NCBI RefSeq assembly: GCF_009914755.1 | Contig: NC_060928.1 | DNA length: 64,000 nt | From: the human T2T-CHM13v2.0 reference genome, Homo sapiens | Strand: one strand, 5' to 3' | In this document: positions 42,986 to 62,340 of the stretch, piece by piece | How positions within the stretch are numbered: the stretch's first letter is position 1 | Layout: the number at the start of each line of letters is the position of its first letter | Translations under genes and position numbers: made by a program | Notes under the pieces: generated by a model | Seen by the model: only the letters and a program-made list of their open reading frames with translations | The model's database searches: none | Told to the model about the DNA's origin: nothing

Positions 42986-43048
42986 AGACCATCGATGCTA
43001 TGAAGAAACTGCATCAATGAACGGGCAAAATAACCAGCTAACATCATA

Positions 43049-46895
<3,847 letters not shown>

Positions 46896-47124
46896 ACAAT
46901 GAAAACACATGGACACAGGAAGGGGAACATCCCACACCAGGGCTTGTTGGGGGTGGGGTGCTGGGTGGCTGGGGGAGCAATAGCATTGGGAGAAATACCT
47001 AATGTAAATGATGAGTTGAAGGGTGTAGCAAACGAACGTGGCACATGTATACCTATGTAACAAACCTGCACGTTGTGCACATATATCCTGGAACTTAAAG
47101 CATAATAATAGTAAAATTTTAAAA

Positions 47125-47285
47125 AATACTTTCATTGAGAGATTGTAATTGTACATATTTATGTGGTACTATTTGACATACTGGTACATGTATATATTGT
47201 ATAATGATCACATCAGGGTAGCTAGTACCATTACCTCATGTATATATTATTTCTTTGTGTTGAGAACATTCAAAAACCTCTCTGC
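47125..47285 (-). mobile_element. L1MA-like 3' end fragment
   Basis: taattgtacatatttatgtggtac...tgtataatgatcacatcagggta...ttctttgtgttgagaacattcaaaa. Confidence 0.75.
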
Positions 47286-47484
47286 TACTTGTATTTCTTA
47301 TAGACAACATACAGTTGAGTCTTGTTTTTGTTTTGTTTTTATTCCACACTGAAAATCTCTATATTTTAATTGGTTTATTCAAATCATTCATATTTAAAGA
47401 GATTATTGATATAATTAGGTTAATGTCTACCATGTTTGTAGCTATTTTCTATTTGTTGCATTTGTTCTGTTTCTTTTATTTCCC

Positions 47485-48497
47485 TGTTGTGGGAAGTCAG
47501 CGACCCCTAATGGACGGACCAGCTGGAGCCGCAGCAGAGGAATATAAATTGTGAAGATTTCATGGACATTTATCAGTTCCCAAAATAATACTTTTATAAT
47601 CTCTTAGGCCTGTCTTACTTTAATCTCTTAATCCTGTTATCTTCGTAAGCTAAGGATGTATGTCACCTCAGGACCACTATGACAATTGTTTGAACTGTAC
47701 AAATTGATTGTAAAACATGTGTGTTTGAACAATATGAAATCAGTGCCCCTTGAAAAAGAACAGAATAACAGTGATTTTTAGGGAACAAGGGAAGACAACC
47801 ATAAGGTCTGACTGACTACGGGGTTGGGCAAAAAGAGCCATATTTTTCTTCTTGCGGAGAGCCTATAAACAGACATGCAAGAAGGGAAGACATCGCTACA
47901 TTCTTTTCCTACCAAGGAATATTGATATTAATACTCTGGGAAAGAAATTCATTCCTGGGGGAAGGTCTATAAAGGGCTGCTCTAGGAATGTCTGTCCTAT
48001 GCGGTTGAGATAAGGACTGAAATACGCCATGGTCTCCTGCAGTACCCTCAGGCTTACTAGGATTGGGAAACTCCATCCTGGTAAATTTTTGGTCAGACTG
48101 GTTCTCTGCTCTCGAACCCTGTTTTCTGTTGTTTAAGATGTTTATCAAGACAATACGTGCACCGCTGAATATAGACTCTTATCAGGAGTTCTGATTTTGC
48201 CCTTGTCCTGTTCCCTCAGAAGCATGTGATCTTTATTCTGCTTTTTGCCCCTTGAAGCATGTGACCTACTCCCTGTTCATACACCCCCTCCCCTTTTGAA
48301 ATCCTTAATAAAAACTTGCTGATTTTGAGGCTCAGGTGGGTATCACGGTCCTACCAATAAATATGTGATGTTACCCCCGGTGGCCCAGCTGTAAAATTCC
48401 TCTCTTTGTACTCTTTCTCTTTATTTCTCAGCTGGCTGACACTTACGGAAAATAGAAAGAACCTATGTTGAAATACTGGGGGCAGTTTCCCCCGATA
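47485..48497 (+). mobile_element. MER11A-type solo LTR
   Basis: TGTTGTGGGAAGTCAG...TTTCCCCCGATA; colinear with 40581-41596; flanks TTTCCC/TCTGCC match at only 4/6. Confidence 0.95.
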
Positions 48498-48775
48498 TCT
48501 GCCTTCTCCAGTTTTAATCAAGCAGTTTATAATTCCATTATATCTCCTCTTTTACCATATTGCTTCTACTTTTTAAAAAAAGTACTTTTTTAGTGGTTGC
48601 CCTAGAGTTTGCAATATGATGTTTTAACTAGTCTAAGTCTACCTTCCAATAACAGTATACTGCCTCAGGTGTAGTGCAGAAACATCATAATTGGGTATTC
48701 CGAATTCCTCCCTCCCATCTTTTATGATATGGCTGTTATTTATTTCACTTATCCATATGCTATAATCACCCCATA

Positions 48776-49132
48776 CACATAGTCATCAATGTATAATGGT
48801 TCAACTTACAATTTTTCTACTTTACGATAGCATGAAAGATATTTATTCAGTAGAAACCATACTTTGAACACTGTTACAACTATTCTGTTTTTCACTTTCA
48901 GTACAATATTCCATAAATTACATTAGATATTTAATGCTTTATTATAAAATAAGCTTTATGAGATGATTTTGCCCAACTGTAGGCTAATGTAAATGTTCTG
49001 AGCACATTTAGTGTTGGCTAGGCTAAGCGTTGATGTTTGGTAGTTTAGGTGTATTAAATACATTTCAACATAATATTTTCCTTATGATGGGTTTAATAGG
49101 ATGTAACCTTATTATAAATCAAGGAATATCTG
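48776..49132 (-). mobile_element. TcMar-Tigger MITE (MER47-like)
   Basis: TA dinucleotides at 48774-75 and 49133-34; gattttgcccaactgtaggctaatgtaa...ttaggtgtattaaat. Confidence 0.75.
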
Positions 49133-49484
49133 TACATGGTTACTATTATTACTTTCAACAAATAATTATTTTAGACCTTTTAAATATATGCAAGATAAGA
49201 GGTTTTATTTCTCTTTATTAATTCCTTCTCTGCCATTCTTCCTTTCTTTATGTAGATATAAATTTCTGGCCTGTATAATTTTCCTCCTTCTTGAAGAACT
49301 TCATTTAACATTTCTTGCAAGGCAGATCTGCTGACAACAAATCTCTTCACTTTTTGTCTGAGAAAGTCTTTATTTCTTCATTTTTGAAGGATAATTTCTG
49401 TGGATATAGAATTCTATGTTGGTGGGGTTTTTATTTCCATACTTTCAATGTTTCACTCCATTCTCTTCTTGCTTGCATGGCTTC

Positions 49485-49888
49485 TGTATTAGTCTGCTAG
49501 GGCTGCCATTAAAAAAAAAATGCCAGACTGGTGCTTTAAACAATGGCAATGTATTTATTTATTTATTTATTTATTTGCAGTCCTGGAGGCTGGAAAGTCC
49601 AAATCGAGCTGTTGGCAGGGTTTACCTCTTTGAGGCCTCTCTCCTTGGCTTCAAGATGGCTAACTTCTCACTGTGAACTCATGGGGCTTCCTCCTGTGCA
49701 TGAGTCCTTGGTGTCTCCTCTTCTTCCCATAAGGACACCAGTCCTGTGGCATTAGGACTCCACCTGTATCACCTCACTTAACCTTAAACATCTCTTTAAA
49801 GGCCCCATCTCCAAACACAGTCCCATTGGGGTTGGGCTTCAACCCAACCTCAATTGCACCCGAATTGCATGCAATTCAGTTTATAACA
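49485..49888 (-). mobile_element. MaLR LTR (MLT1B-like)
   Basis: tgtattagtctgctagggctgcc...caattcagtttataaca; TSD GCTTC/ACTTC. Confidence 0.85.
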
Positions 49889-50244
49889 ACTTCTGGAAAT
49901 AGATCTTTGGTAATTCCTATCTTTGTTCCTATACATGCAACATGATTCTTCCCCTCTGGCATCTTTCAAGATTTATGTTTGTCTTTGGTTTCTTGTAGGT
50001 TGAATATGCTATACCTAGGTGTTAATGTTTTGAAAATTCTCATGCTGAGTTTTCTCTAAGCTTCTTAGATCTGTGCTTTGGTGTCTGTCATTAATTTTGG
50101 AAAGTTCTTCATTACTCAAATCTTTCTTCTTCTCCTTTCTCTTCTTTTCTTTCTGGTATTCCAATTCTGCATATGTTACACCCTTTTACATTGTCCTGCA
50201 GTACGTGGATATTCTGTTCCTCTCCCACTCCTTTTTCTCCTTGA

Positions 50245-50579
<335 letters not shown>

Positions 50580-51150
50580 AGGAGGTTTCTTTTAACATAT
50601 CTTCAAGTTTACCAATTCTTTCCTAGGCCTTGCCCAATCTACTGATGAGCTCAGTAAAGGCACTCTTCATTTCTGTCACAATGCTTTTGATTTATATAAT
50701 TTCCTATTGATTCCTTCTTACCATTTATACTTCTCTACATATATCACTCATATGCCCTTGCATGTTTTCAACTTTTTCCATTAGAGCCTTTAACATGTTA
50801 ATCATGGTTATTTTAAATTCTCTGTCTGATTATTCCAATATCTGTCTCATATTCAAGTCTGGCTCTGAGGCTTGCTTTTGTCTCTTCAGCATTAATCTGG
50901 CTAAGAATTGGGCTCTGTTTAATGTTTTCTATAACTATAGAAGCCAGAGGTTTCAAATTATTTCAGTATTCTTGTTTTTATCTTCCCTCTTTACTTATGA
51001 CTTTCCTAAGTACTTTTCCTCAGAGAGAGTGTGCATTTTGCAGCTCTTTTAGCTGTAAGCCATTGTTGTTACATTGGAGCCCTGTGGAAGTGGTGGGAGG
51101 GTGAAGGAGAGGGGAAGAGTTTTATAATCTTATGATAAAATCTCAGTCCT

Positions 51151-51317
51151 TTAGCTGGGTGTGGTGGCATGCACCTGTAGTCCCAGCTACTTAGGAGGCT
51201 GAGGCAAGAGGATCACTTTAGCCCAGGAGGTGGAGGTTGCAGTGAGCTGAAATCATACCACTGCACTCCAGCCAGGGTGACAAAGTGAGACCTTGTCTCA
51301 AAAATAAATAAATAAAT
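51151..51317 (+). mobile_element. Alu right monomer
   Basis: ttagctgggtgtggtggcatgcacctgtagtcccagc...ttgtctcaaaaataaata. Confidence 0.9.
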
Positions 51318-51967
51318 CTCAATCTTTTAGTGGGCCTCTCTCCCTGGGCTGAGATCTTCAAAGGTATTTCTCAGCACCCTCCCACTTCTTCCCCTCTTAG
51401 ATGAAACAAGAGGGATAGAGGAGGCTGGAATGGGAGAAATGTCCTCTTCTTCACCCTGTCCCATCCTATCCCTTCCATTCTGAGCCAGGGTATGGCTCTG
51501 CTAAAGTCTTTCCCCTGGAAAGGAGGCCTTTGTGTGGAAAAGGTCCAGAAGTATTTCCAAAGAATTACTCTCCCCCTTCCTTGTCAGAACCACAAAGGAA
51601 TCTTTCTCAGCTCATGACCTTGAGAATCTGGTGGGGTTCCTGGAGATAAAATTTACGAAATTGTGGGGACCTCCTAAGACTGGGCCCCTAGACTCTCTCA
51701 CTCTCTTGCTAGTCCATACTCAGTCTTCAGCAATTCAACAAAATTACCGTAAAAGTGTTTTTACCAGTTTATAAATCCCACATATCCCACTCCAGATAAT
51801 CTGAACCCTGAATTCACCTGTCTCTTTAGTTCTCTGATGGATTCAGGAAAAGTTGCTAATTTTCAGTTTGTTTAGCTGTTGCTGGTTGTAGGAACAGAAG
51901 TGATGACTTCCAAGCTTGTTATATGTCAGAGCTGAAACTGGAAGTCACTTCTGGGATTTCTAAGTGA

Positions 51968-52301
<334 letters not shown>

Positions 52302-53147
52302 TATTCTATTTCTTCTTATTATTACTTCTTCCTTTGTGTCTCATGACCTCCTATTCTTTTTTATGGATGTTAGTCCTTTCTTCATTTGTTAGAGGTCCTT
52401 AAACATACTTATATAGTCACTTTTAAGTTGGTCCATTTGAGTAATAGGTGCCAGTGAAATAATAATAATAATAATAAATATTTCATATTAATTTAAATAG
52501 GTAAGTTATTTTCATGAGTGAATTGATCTCCTAATATTTATGTTATTGGCTAACTTCTTCAGATTTAATTTTCCTCCTGGGTTTTAGAATTTTGATGTAT
52601 AGTGAGCAAAAGAATTTTGTTTAGTTTTGTTTTTCTCTCTGGTATCATTCCCTCCTGTGCTCCATGGATATCTAAATTAGGCTAGTTGGATTCTTACTCC
52701 AGAACTCTACTGCCTGGTGGAAACCCAGGGTGCCTGTCTTTTAGTGATGTGGATAGTGTCTATTCTGCCACTCCTGCCCTTTCCCTCTTCCCTAGGTGCC
52801 GAGCTTTGTTTTAGCTCTATGCATATTTTTCAGATACATTTTACAGGTGATTATTAGGGCTATATGTATTTTTCAGATAAATTTTTCATACCTCCTGCTT
52901 TGTGCTTCTAATTTATGCAGACATTTATCTCGGGGAATGAAGGCTGTGTCTGTTTTATTTTTTCTCATTTAAAGCTTGATATAGCATTTATTTGGAGTAG
53001 ATTAGGGCCTTAAAACAAGAATTTACAATGCCCTCTTGCCTGGAAGACATGTTTCATTTATTTTAGCAATATCTCTGTGAAATATATGAAGTTAGGCTTT
53101 ATGTACCCATTTTACAAATGCAAAGAGAGGGTAACAGGTAATCAGCG

Positions 53148-53298
53148 ACAGGCCTGGCTAATTTTTAATTTTTTTGTAGAGACGAGGTCTTGCTATGTTG
53201 CCCAGTTTGGTCTCAAACTTCTGTCTTCAAGTGATCCTCCTGCCTTGGCCTCCCAGGTCACTTGGACTCCCAAAATGCTAGGATTAGGTGCCCAACCT
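53148..53298 (-). mobile_element. Alu left monomer/FLAM fragment
   Basis: cctggctaatttttaatttttttgtagagacgaggtcttgctatgttgccca. Confidence 0.85.
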
Positions 53299-53849
53299 AA
53301 GTAGGTAATATGCATAATTATATTGAACATGTATTCATAGCTCAGGCTTTAACGTTTTTTCTTGCTTATGACATTTGGAATCAGGGTGTGATGGAGAAGC
53401 TCTATGGTAGATAGGCCAAATGTTCTATTTACAACTTTATCATAAGGTTTTTCTACTTTAGAATCAGAGGTTTCTGCTTAGAGATTTCCAAGCCATTGTT
53501 TGAGATTCATGCCACTCTTTCACTGTATTCGTTCTTTCAGGTGCTCTACGCAGAAAAGTTTATGGAGATTTTATTTCCTTCTCCTTGACCTTCAATAACA
53601 CACAGGTGATTTCTAATGAATTCAAATCCATTCCATGGAGGTTCTCCTCTCCCTTTAATTTCACATCTTTCTCAGATTTCATCATCTAGAGATTGGAGCC
53701 CTTGTACATGGGAGAGGTGAGAATGGGGGTGTTTGTGTTTATACTTTTCTTGAATTTTATGGCCTTCATTACCCAAAGCTGTGTGAAATTGAGGGAAACA
53801 CAGTTGGCTTGAACTCTAGAGCCATCTGTTCAACCTGTTCGAGATATTG

Positions 53850-54445
53850 GTGGTTGACTGTTTACTAAACAGACTTCCCTGAGTGGCAGCCCAAAGGCCT
53901 AGGCAGAGGCTTCTGTTAATCATTAGGCGTTTAACAAACAGTTGGGGCCCTCGCTAGCTTTGCTATCATTGCTTTCAGGAGCAACATTCGGTGCCCTGCC
54001 ATCAGCCATATAACAGGAGATGGGCTCCCTAGTGTGTTTGCTGTGAGGATTTCCCGCAGGCTTGGGTTGCCACGCCCAAGTAGCCGTGGTCAAGCATTCT
54101 GCAGGAGATGTGACGTGTGCTTTGGTTGTTGACTTTATCTTTGCCAACACATGTGAGTGTCTAATGTTGACTGGGAAGCTGGGCTCCAGGGTGGAGCCAA
54201 GGTTTAATTTTGTTGATAATTTAATGCTTGAAGAGACATGTACTTTGGTGAGTTCTCTCCCTTGAGACTTTTGCCCTTTCACTAATCCTTTGCATAAACA
54301 CTGCCTTGAAAACTGTTTATGAAGTATTCACAAAGGCATGTGAAACTATTGGTAAACAGTCATTGTGAATAACATTTACTCATGATCAGATTCCTGAACT
54401 TATGTTTCTTTTTGAGATGGAATTTATTATGTGATGCAAATCTTA
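53850..54445. promoter_or_regulatory. Candidate endoderm/liver-type enhancer (motif cluster only)
   Basis: HNF1-like GTTAATCATTAG at 53915; six Forkhead RYAAAYA sites; TTGCATAA at 54290; TGATGCAA at 54432. Confidence 0.35.
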
Positions 54446-54710
54446 GTGAAGCCTCAAACACAGGTTTAAGCCCTCTGCCTGATTCTTGTGGCAGATTAGA
54501 GTTCATGACAGAAATGGTAATTTAGTCTGGGGAATGGAAATGAAACTTCTCCCAAAGTCTCTGTATTCCAATAGCAATCTCAACTAGTTGAAAGTATTTA
54601 AAAATAGGAAAAGAACCACGAGGTTGCAGAAACATAGACAGAGGCAAGGGCAACCCAAATTTTAGGTAAGAAAAGAAAATAAAAACTTCTAGGTGAATAT
54701 CCCTCAGATC

Positions 54711-54901
54711 TAGCGGTGTGGTGGAGCTGAATGGCATGGCCCTTAATAGCAGCTCATATCTCTTCCCAGCATTGTTTTGAGAGATAGCAAGTTGGTAGCT
54801 TGCAATTGACTACAGTCAGAGCATTCACACCACAGAAATCGGCAAATGCTACCAATCGTTGAGAGCCAGTTGTAGAATGAATGTTAACCAGTGCACCACT
54901 G
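54711..54901. mobile_element. hAT-Blackjack element (MER63-like)
   Basis: Degenerate TIRs tagcggtgtggtgg ... ccagtgcaccactg; caccacagaaatcggcaaatgctac. Confidence 0.6.
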
Positions 54902-55189
54902 AAATTAAGAGTTAAGACTACCTCTTAAATTCATTTCCAAGGAGCGGGAGACGTCAGAAATAAAGACATAGCAGGGTTGAAGGTATATTCTCAGAAAAGT
55001 TGTAAGAGCTTGACTATATGATATACCTGAGTCAAGAAAGAGCCCCTGAATTTAAACTGAGCTTTTCTTTCTGGGTAAAACTACATTATTTGTGAAATAA
55101 AGCCACTTTAGAGAACTGAGAGAATAAAACTATACAATGTAAGCAATTTCCAGGACTTAGCCTTTGTATTCTGCTTGGTTTTACTGGTT

Positions 55190-56650
<1,461 letters not shown>

Positions 56651-56654
56651 TGGG

Positions 56655-56835
56655 AGTTAAGTGCAAATGGGCCTGAGGGATCTTATTAAAAGGATGAAAC
56701 TGTTCTAAAAGTGATTTATGGTGATGGTTACACCACTTGGAAAAGTTACTAAAAAGCATTGAATTGGACACTCAAAATATGTGCATTGTATGATATTGAG
56801 GTAAAATGTACCTCAAAAATACTGTTAAACAAGAA
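56655..56835 (+). mobile_element. Old L1 3' end fragment (L1MB/ME-like)
   Basis: gatgaaactgttctaaaa...ggtgatggttacaccact...cattgaattggacact. Confidence 0.65.
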
Positions 56836-56879
56836 ACCCAAGAGAATGTACAATGACCAAAAATAAAAAATGAGAACCC

Positions 56880-57148
56880 TTAATCCCAGCACTTTGGGAG
56901 GCTGAGGCAGGTGGATCACCTGATGTCAGGGGTTTGACACCAGCCTGGCCAACATGGTGAAACCCCTCTCTACTGAAAACACAAAAATTAGCCGAGCATG
57001 GTGGCACATGCCTGTAGTCCCAGCTACTCGGGAGAATCACTTGAACACAGGAGGTGGAGGTTGCAGAGTGCCAAGATCACACCCCTGCACTCCAGCCTGG
57101 GTAACAGAGCAAGACCCTGTCTCAAAAAAAAAAAAAAAAAAAAAAAAA
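56880..57148 (+). mobile_element. Alu (AluS-like, 5'-truncated, long poly(A))
   Basis: taatcccagcactttgggaggctgaggcaggtggatcacctg...ctgtctc plus A run. Confidence 0.95.
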
Positions 57149-58335
57149 GAGAATCTTTCAGGAAGGAAGGAATGGTTATGCCATGTGTGCTGAATGTTGA
57201 TAAGTAAGATGTGTACCAATGGTCATTAACAAACTGAGGACTTTAAACAGATATTAATGCAAAAACAACAGTCCAAATATTGCATAATGTAATACTGTAA
57301 AAATACTGACCTATATTTTAAAATGATATTTTCAAAGTTATGAGAAGATGCACATACCTTGGTCCCACCTGTTCTCAAATAAACAGCCAAAGTCAAGATG
57401 TTTGTTATGTCCTCTGCATGAAACGGCAGCTGGGAAATGGATTCTGAAAAGGCAATTCTATTATAACTGGAAGTCCTGTTTATATGCAGGTAAGAATTAG
57501 TCCTCATATGTGATCAAAAAGCATATTTACTCTGGAAGTCTGAGGCACTCCGAGACTATTGTAAAACTCTTGATTTTTCTTTAAATGATCTAATGATTAC
57601 AAAGGTATTATGTCACAAACAATAATCTTCATAAACATTAACATATAATCAGTACTTTATTCAGCATGTGGCACTTAGTAGGTGCTCAATAAATATTTGT
57701 TGATGACACAAACTCAGAAGTTAGAAAAGTGAGAGTGCTCATTAATTATTTGAATCTACAATGCAAATTACTACAGTAGCAAAGCTCAGAAGAGCACAAT
57801 ATTACATCAAAAGAAAAGACCAAATCTATGTGAGTAATTTAAAAGCTTTGTCCTTTTAGAAAGAGTCCACCAATTCTTCATTAGTCTTATTCATTTTTCA
57901 CTTGATGACCCAAATCAGTTCAAGCTAGTCAACCAAATATCTGCATGTAAATAAATAATTCTTATACTTAATCATCTTTTGAAATGTATTTTTGCTATAA
58001 ATGTTGTCTTATTTCCCTTATTCCCATTTCTTTGGACTATGAGTCTGAAAATGATATATTTTTTTTCTTTTTGTACTTCCCATCCTAAGCAATAGAGGCC
58101 TCTGACGTCTAGATTAGGCCTCCAAGAAAATATCTACCCAAGGATTTTTTTTTAATCAATCTGCTTAATCTAGGTAGCTGTAGAAGGCTGGTGACATGTG
58201 ACTTGCAACCCAATTTTTAAATAAAACGTTTCAACTAAATTTAAATGACTTCTTCAAATTAGATTTTAGGAAATGCTTAACTCAGGCCATCTGATGTTTA
58301 CTGAATTTCCTGAGCTCATCCTATACTTACAATAG

Positions 58336-58839
<504 letters not shown>

Positions 58840-59289
58840 TGAGAGTAGGAAATCAGCACCTATAGCAGAAGTACGGTTGATAAGATGTCACTGAAAGAGG
58901 AAGATGGTGAGCACAGAGATAACCTAAAATGACCAATTCTTGATAGAATTAGACAAGGATCAACATGTATGGCATGTTGACAGTGTTCTGGTAGAACGAC
59001 TACTCTAATATGTCTTTTCTTTTTATACGTCCATATTTTCTACCTGGAAATTAATTTATAATGTTAGGATAATTGTTCTGGATTAGACAATATTGCAGAT
59101 GTATTTTGGGCTATGCAGCAGCCATACAAAATTAGGACATTTGCTCTTAACTCTATTGATTAAGGCTCTCCATTCACTCTGTAAACATATTAACTAATGC
59201 TCACCACACACTGAGCATGTGAGATGCTTGGTAGCTCTCTCATGGGTCTACCACTTCTGCTCCCACAAGCCAAAGTTGTATATTTACCA

Positions 59290-59760
59290 AGAGTTCATTG
59301 TCCCTGTACTTGTCATTGTCATGTAATTTGATGTATATAAAAATATTTTATAATAATATGCTATATCAGAGAGAAAAGAATATTTCTTTGAAAACTAGGA
59401 TGAATGCTTTTGAAAGACTCAATAAATTATCCCCAAAATGCTGTAGGATTAGGTGTGAACAAGGAAAATATAAGGACTGAGCATCTTTTTGTTTCAGGTT
59501 GCTTTATAAGGGTTTTAAACTTCTCACTTCACTTAAAAAGTCAAAACTGGAAATGATGTACAATGCAATATTTGCTATCTCAGAAATTCAACATGGAACA
59601 CTAATTAGAAGACCATGCTCAAAGAAAAGATCTGGATCATAAATTAAAAGACCAGTAAAAAATATCCATTAATATGTTTTAAAGTCAAATGTTTAAGGCA
59701 TATATAGATAATTTTCTGTAATTTTTTCACTTTAACCAATATTTTTGATGAACCAATTAA
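59290..59760 (+). mobile_element. Ancient Tigger-family transposase remnant
   Basis: Peptide REKNISLKTRMNAFERLNK followed by degenerate LGV..D and K..LE..PxLKEK-like segments resembles pogo/CENP-B HTH domains. Confidence 0.5.
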
Positions 59761-60104
59761 CTTAGGAGTATTTCAACTGCTCTTGTGATTTTTCCCAAGG
59801 CACCCTCTCCTATTTCCTCTTCTAAAATACCCTCCCTTACTTCCTAGATATACTTCCCCACTGTACACACTCTCTCTCTCCTCACTCTCACTCCCTTCCT
59901 CTCCTTTTTTTTTTACTGAGCCTTATTCATTCTTCAAGTCCTAAGACTCTAGCTCTGATGTTCACTCCTCTGAGGAGCCTTTCCTGTCCTAGGTAGAGAA
60001 GCAGATTGTTCTGTCCTGTATGTCACTTCTGTGCTGTGGATATAACTTTAGGACTCCACTTAAAGCACAGTTTGTATTGCATTCTAATAATTTACTTAAC
60101 ACAC

Positions 60105-60719
60105 TTCATTATCTTTTAGTGTCTTTGGGGTCAGTTTCCATTGATTGTCCTTCCCTTTTGAGCATAGGTCACACTTTTCTGTTTCTTTATATGTTGAGTA
60201 ATTCTGTTGGACCATATCCTGGACATTATGAATGTTATGTTGGGGTAGCTCTGGATTATGTTATATTCCTCCAAAGAGTGTTTATTTGATTTGATTTAGC
60301 AAGCAATTTATTTATTTGATTTGATTTAGCAAGCAATTTATTTAGCGGGATTCAAAGTATGATCTCTGTGTTTTGGGGGCAGCAACTCAAATCTCAGTTC
60401 AGTTCATTCATTTGTACCTTGTCTGACTGCAATCTGCCTGACACATGCATTGTTCAAGGGTTAGACAGATTCAGCCAGAGTTTATACACAGAATTTGGGT
60501 TCTCTCTCTCTCTCTCTCTTTTTTTTTTTTTTTTGATTCTCTTCTTTCTATAATCTCCCTCTCACTCACCAGTGAATTTTTTATAGGACTTTACCCACTG
60601 TACCCTCATGATACCTAAGTCTAGAAGCCATAAAAATACAGGGGAAAAAAAAGCCCAGTGTCTTTTCCTTCTTCCAAGGTAAATTTCTCTCTAGAATCTT
60701 CCTGCTCTTATTCACTCTC
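60105..60719 (-). mobile_element. Old L1 (L1ME-like) fragment
   Basis: ggtcagtttccattgattg...ggtcacacttttctgtttctttatatg...atcctggacattatgaatgttatgttg. Confidence 0.6.
60281..60340. repeat. Perfect 30-bp tandem duplication
   Basis: tttatttgatttgatttagcaagcaattta x2. Confidence 0.97.
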
Positions 60720-61068
60720 TGTCTTAGCCTATCCAGCTGCTATAACAAAATATCATAAACTGGGTAGCTTATAAGCAACGGAAGTTTATTCCTCACAGTT
60801 CTAGAGTCCCAGAAGTCCAAAAAGATCAAGGCATCAGCAGTTTCACATCAGGTATGGGCCCACTTCCTGGTTCACAGATGGCACCTTCTTGCTGCCCTCA
60901 CATGGTGGAAGAGACAAGGCAGCTTTCTGGGACCTCGTTTACAAGGACTCCAGTCCCATTCAAGGGCAGAGCCTCCAAAGGCCCCATCCCCTAATAACAT
61001 CACACTGGTGATTAGATTTCAACAAATGAACTGGCGGTGGGGGAAACACAAACATTCAGACAATAGCA
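60720..61068 (-). mobile_element. MaLR LTR (MLT1A0-like)
   Basis: tgtcttagcc...gctgctataacaaaatatcataaactgggtagcttataa...caaacattcagacaatagca. Confidence 0.88.
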
Positions 61069-62000
61069 CTCCAGTTTCTCCAAATTGTTGGTGTCTTTTC
61101 ATTTTGTATTTAAATTTTATCCAGAGTTGATACAACTCTGAGAGAGGACTGGTCTGCTAGGGGATTACATATCCTACCAGAAGCAGAAGCATTTCAGTAT
61201 CCTTGAACTACTGTGTCCAAATAATGTCTGACACATTGTGTAGGCCCTCAGGAATCATTGTGTGTTGAACAGAATTAAATAGAAGAACATTGCTAAAATG
61301 AATAAATACACTAAAAGGAAGGAAAAAGAAAGGCTTGTTCTCATTAGTTTCTACTGATTTTTAAATAATAAGTGGTTGACACTTTAGGAGCAAAAAAAAT
61401 GATAGTCAAGAAGACTTGAGAATAGAAACAGCACATTCCTATGATGGCTCAAGTTAGCATGAGATGGGAAGCCACAAAAGGTAGGCTCAGAGCAGTGGTG
61501 TCTATGCACCAAGAAATATCCGGGAGAATTTAAACTTGTCCTGAGACATAAATTTTCCCAAGGCCTATCCTGGACACAGATTCCACCAACGAAGTAAGTT
61601 TTCCTAGACTTTGGCATTATTATGCCTCTGCTTCATGAGAAATCCCCTAGAAAAATCTGTTAAAATCAGTTTAGAGAAGAACAGAGTCACAATTGGCTAT
61701 GAGAAGATAAGCAGAGCATCACAACAAATAGCAATTATCCATCAGTGAGGCGTCTGCAGGGGTGAGAGGGGCTGGGGCTCAATCTTCGCTCATTTACTAT
61801 CTTTATTAATGACCTGGGAGTGGTGAAAACAGATTGCTAATTAAGTGGAGTCAGGCCTGCAGTGAGAGCCATAGCTGGAAAGAGTGGAATACCACCAAGC
61901 TAATATAACAAGGTTAGGACTCTGGGTTGAAAACTCAAAAGGATGAGATTCAGCAGGGAAGGAATATTGTAATATTGTTACTGTGAAGAGAAGAATATTC

Positions 62001-62340
62001 AGGCGGGTGTGGTGGCTCATGCCTGTAATCCTAACACTTTGGGAGGCCAAGGTGGGAGGATTGCTTCAACCCAGGAGTTCAAGACCAGCCTGGGCAACAT
62101 AGTGAGACCCCCATCTCTACAAAAAGTGAAAAACAGACAAACAAAAGGTCAGGCATGGTGTTGCATGCTTGTAGTCCCAGCTACTTGGGATGAGGTCGAG
62201 GGCTGAAATGGAAGGATGGCTTGAGCCTGGGAGTTCAAAGCTGCAGTCAGCCGTGATTGCACTACTGCACTCCAGCATGGGTGAGAGAGTGAGACCCTGT
62301 CTCAAAAAAAAAAAAAAAAAAGAAAAAAGAAAAAGAAAAA
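62001..62340 (+). mobile_element. Alu (AluJ-like)
   Basis: Full dimer with long A/GA tail. Confidence 0.93.
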
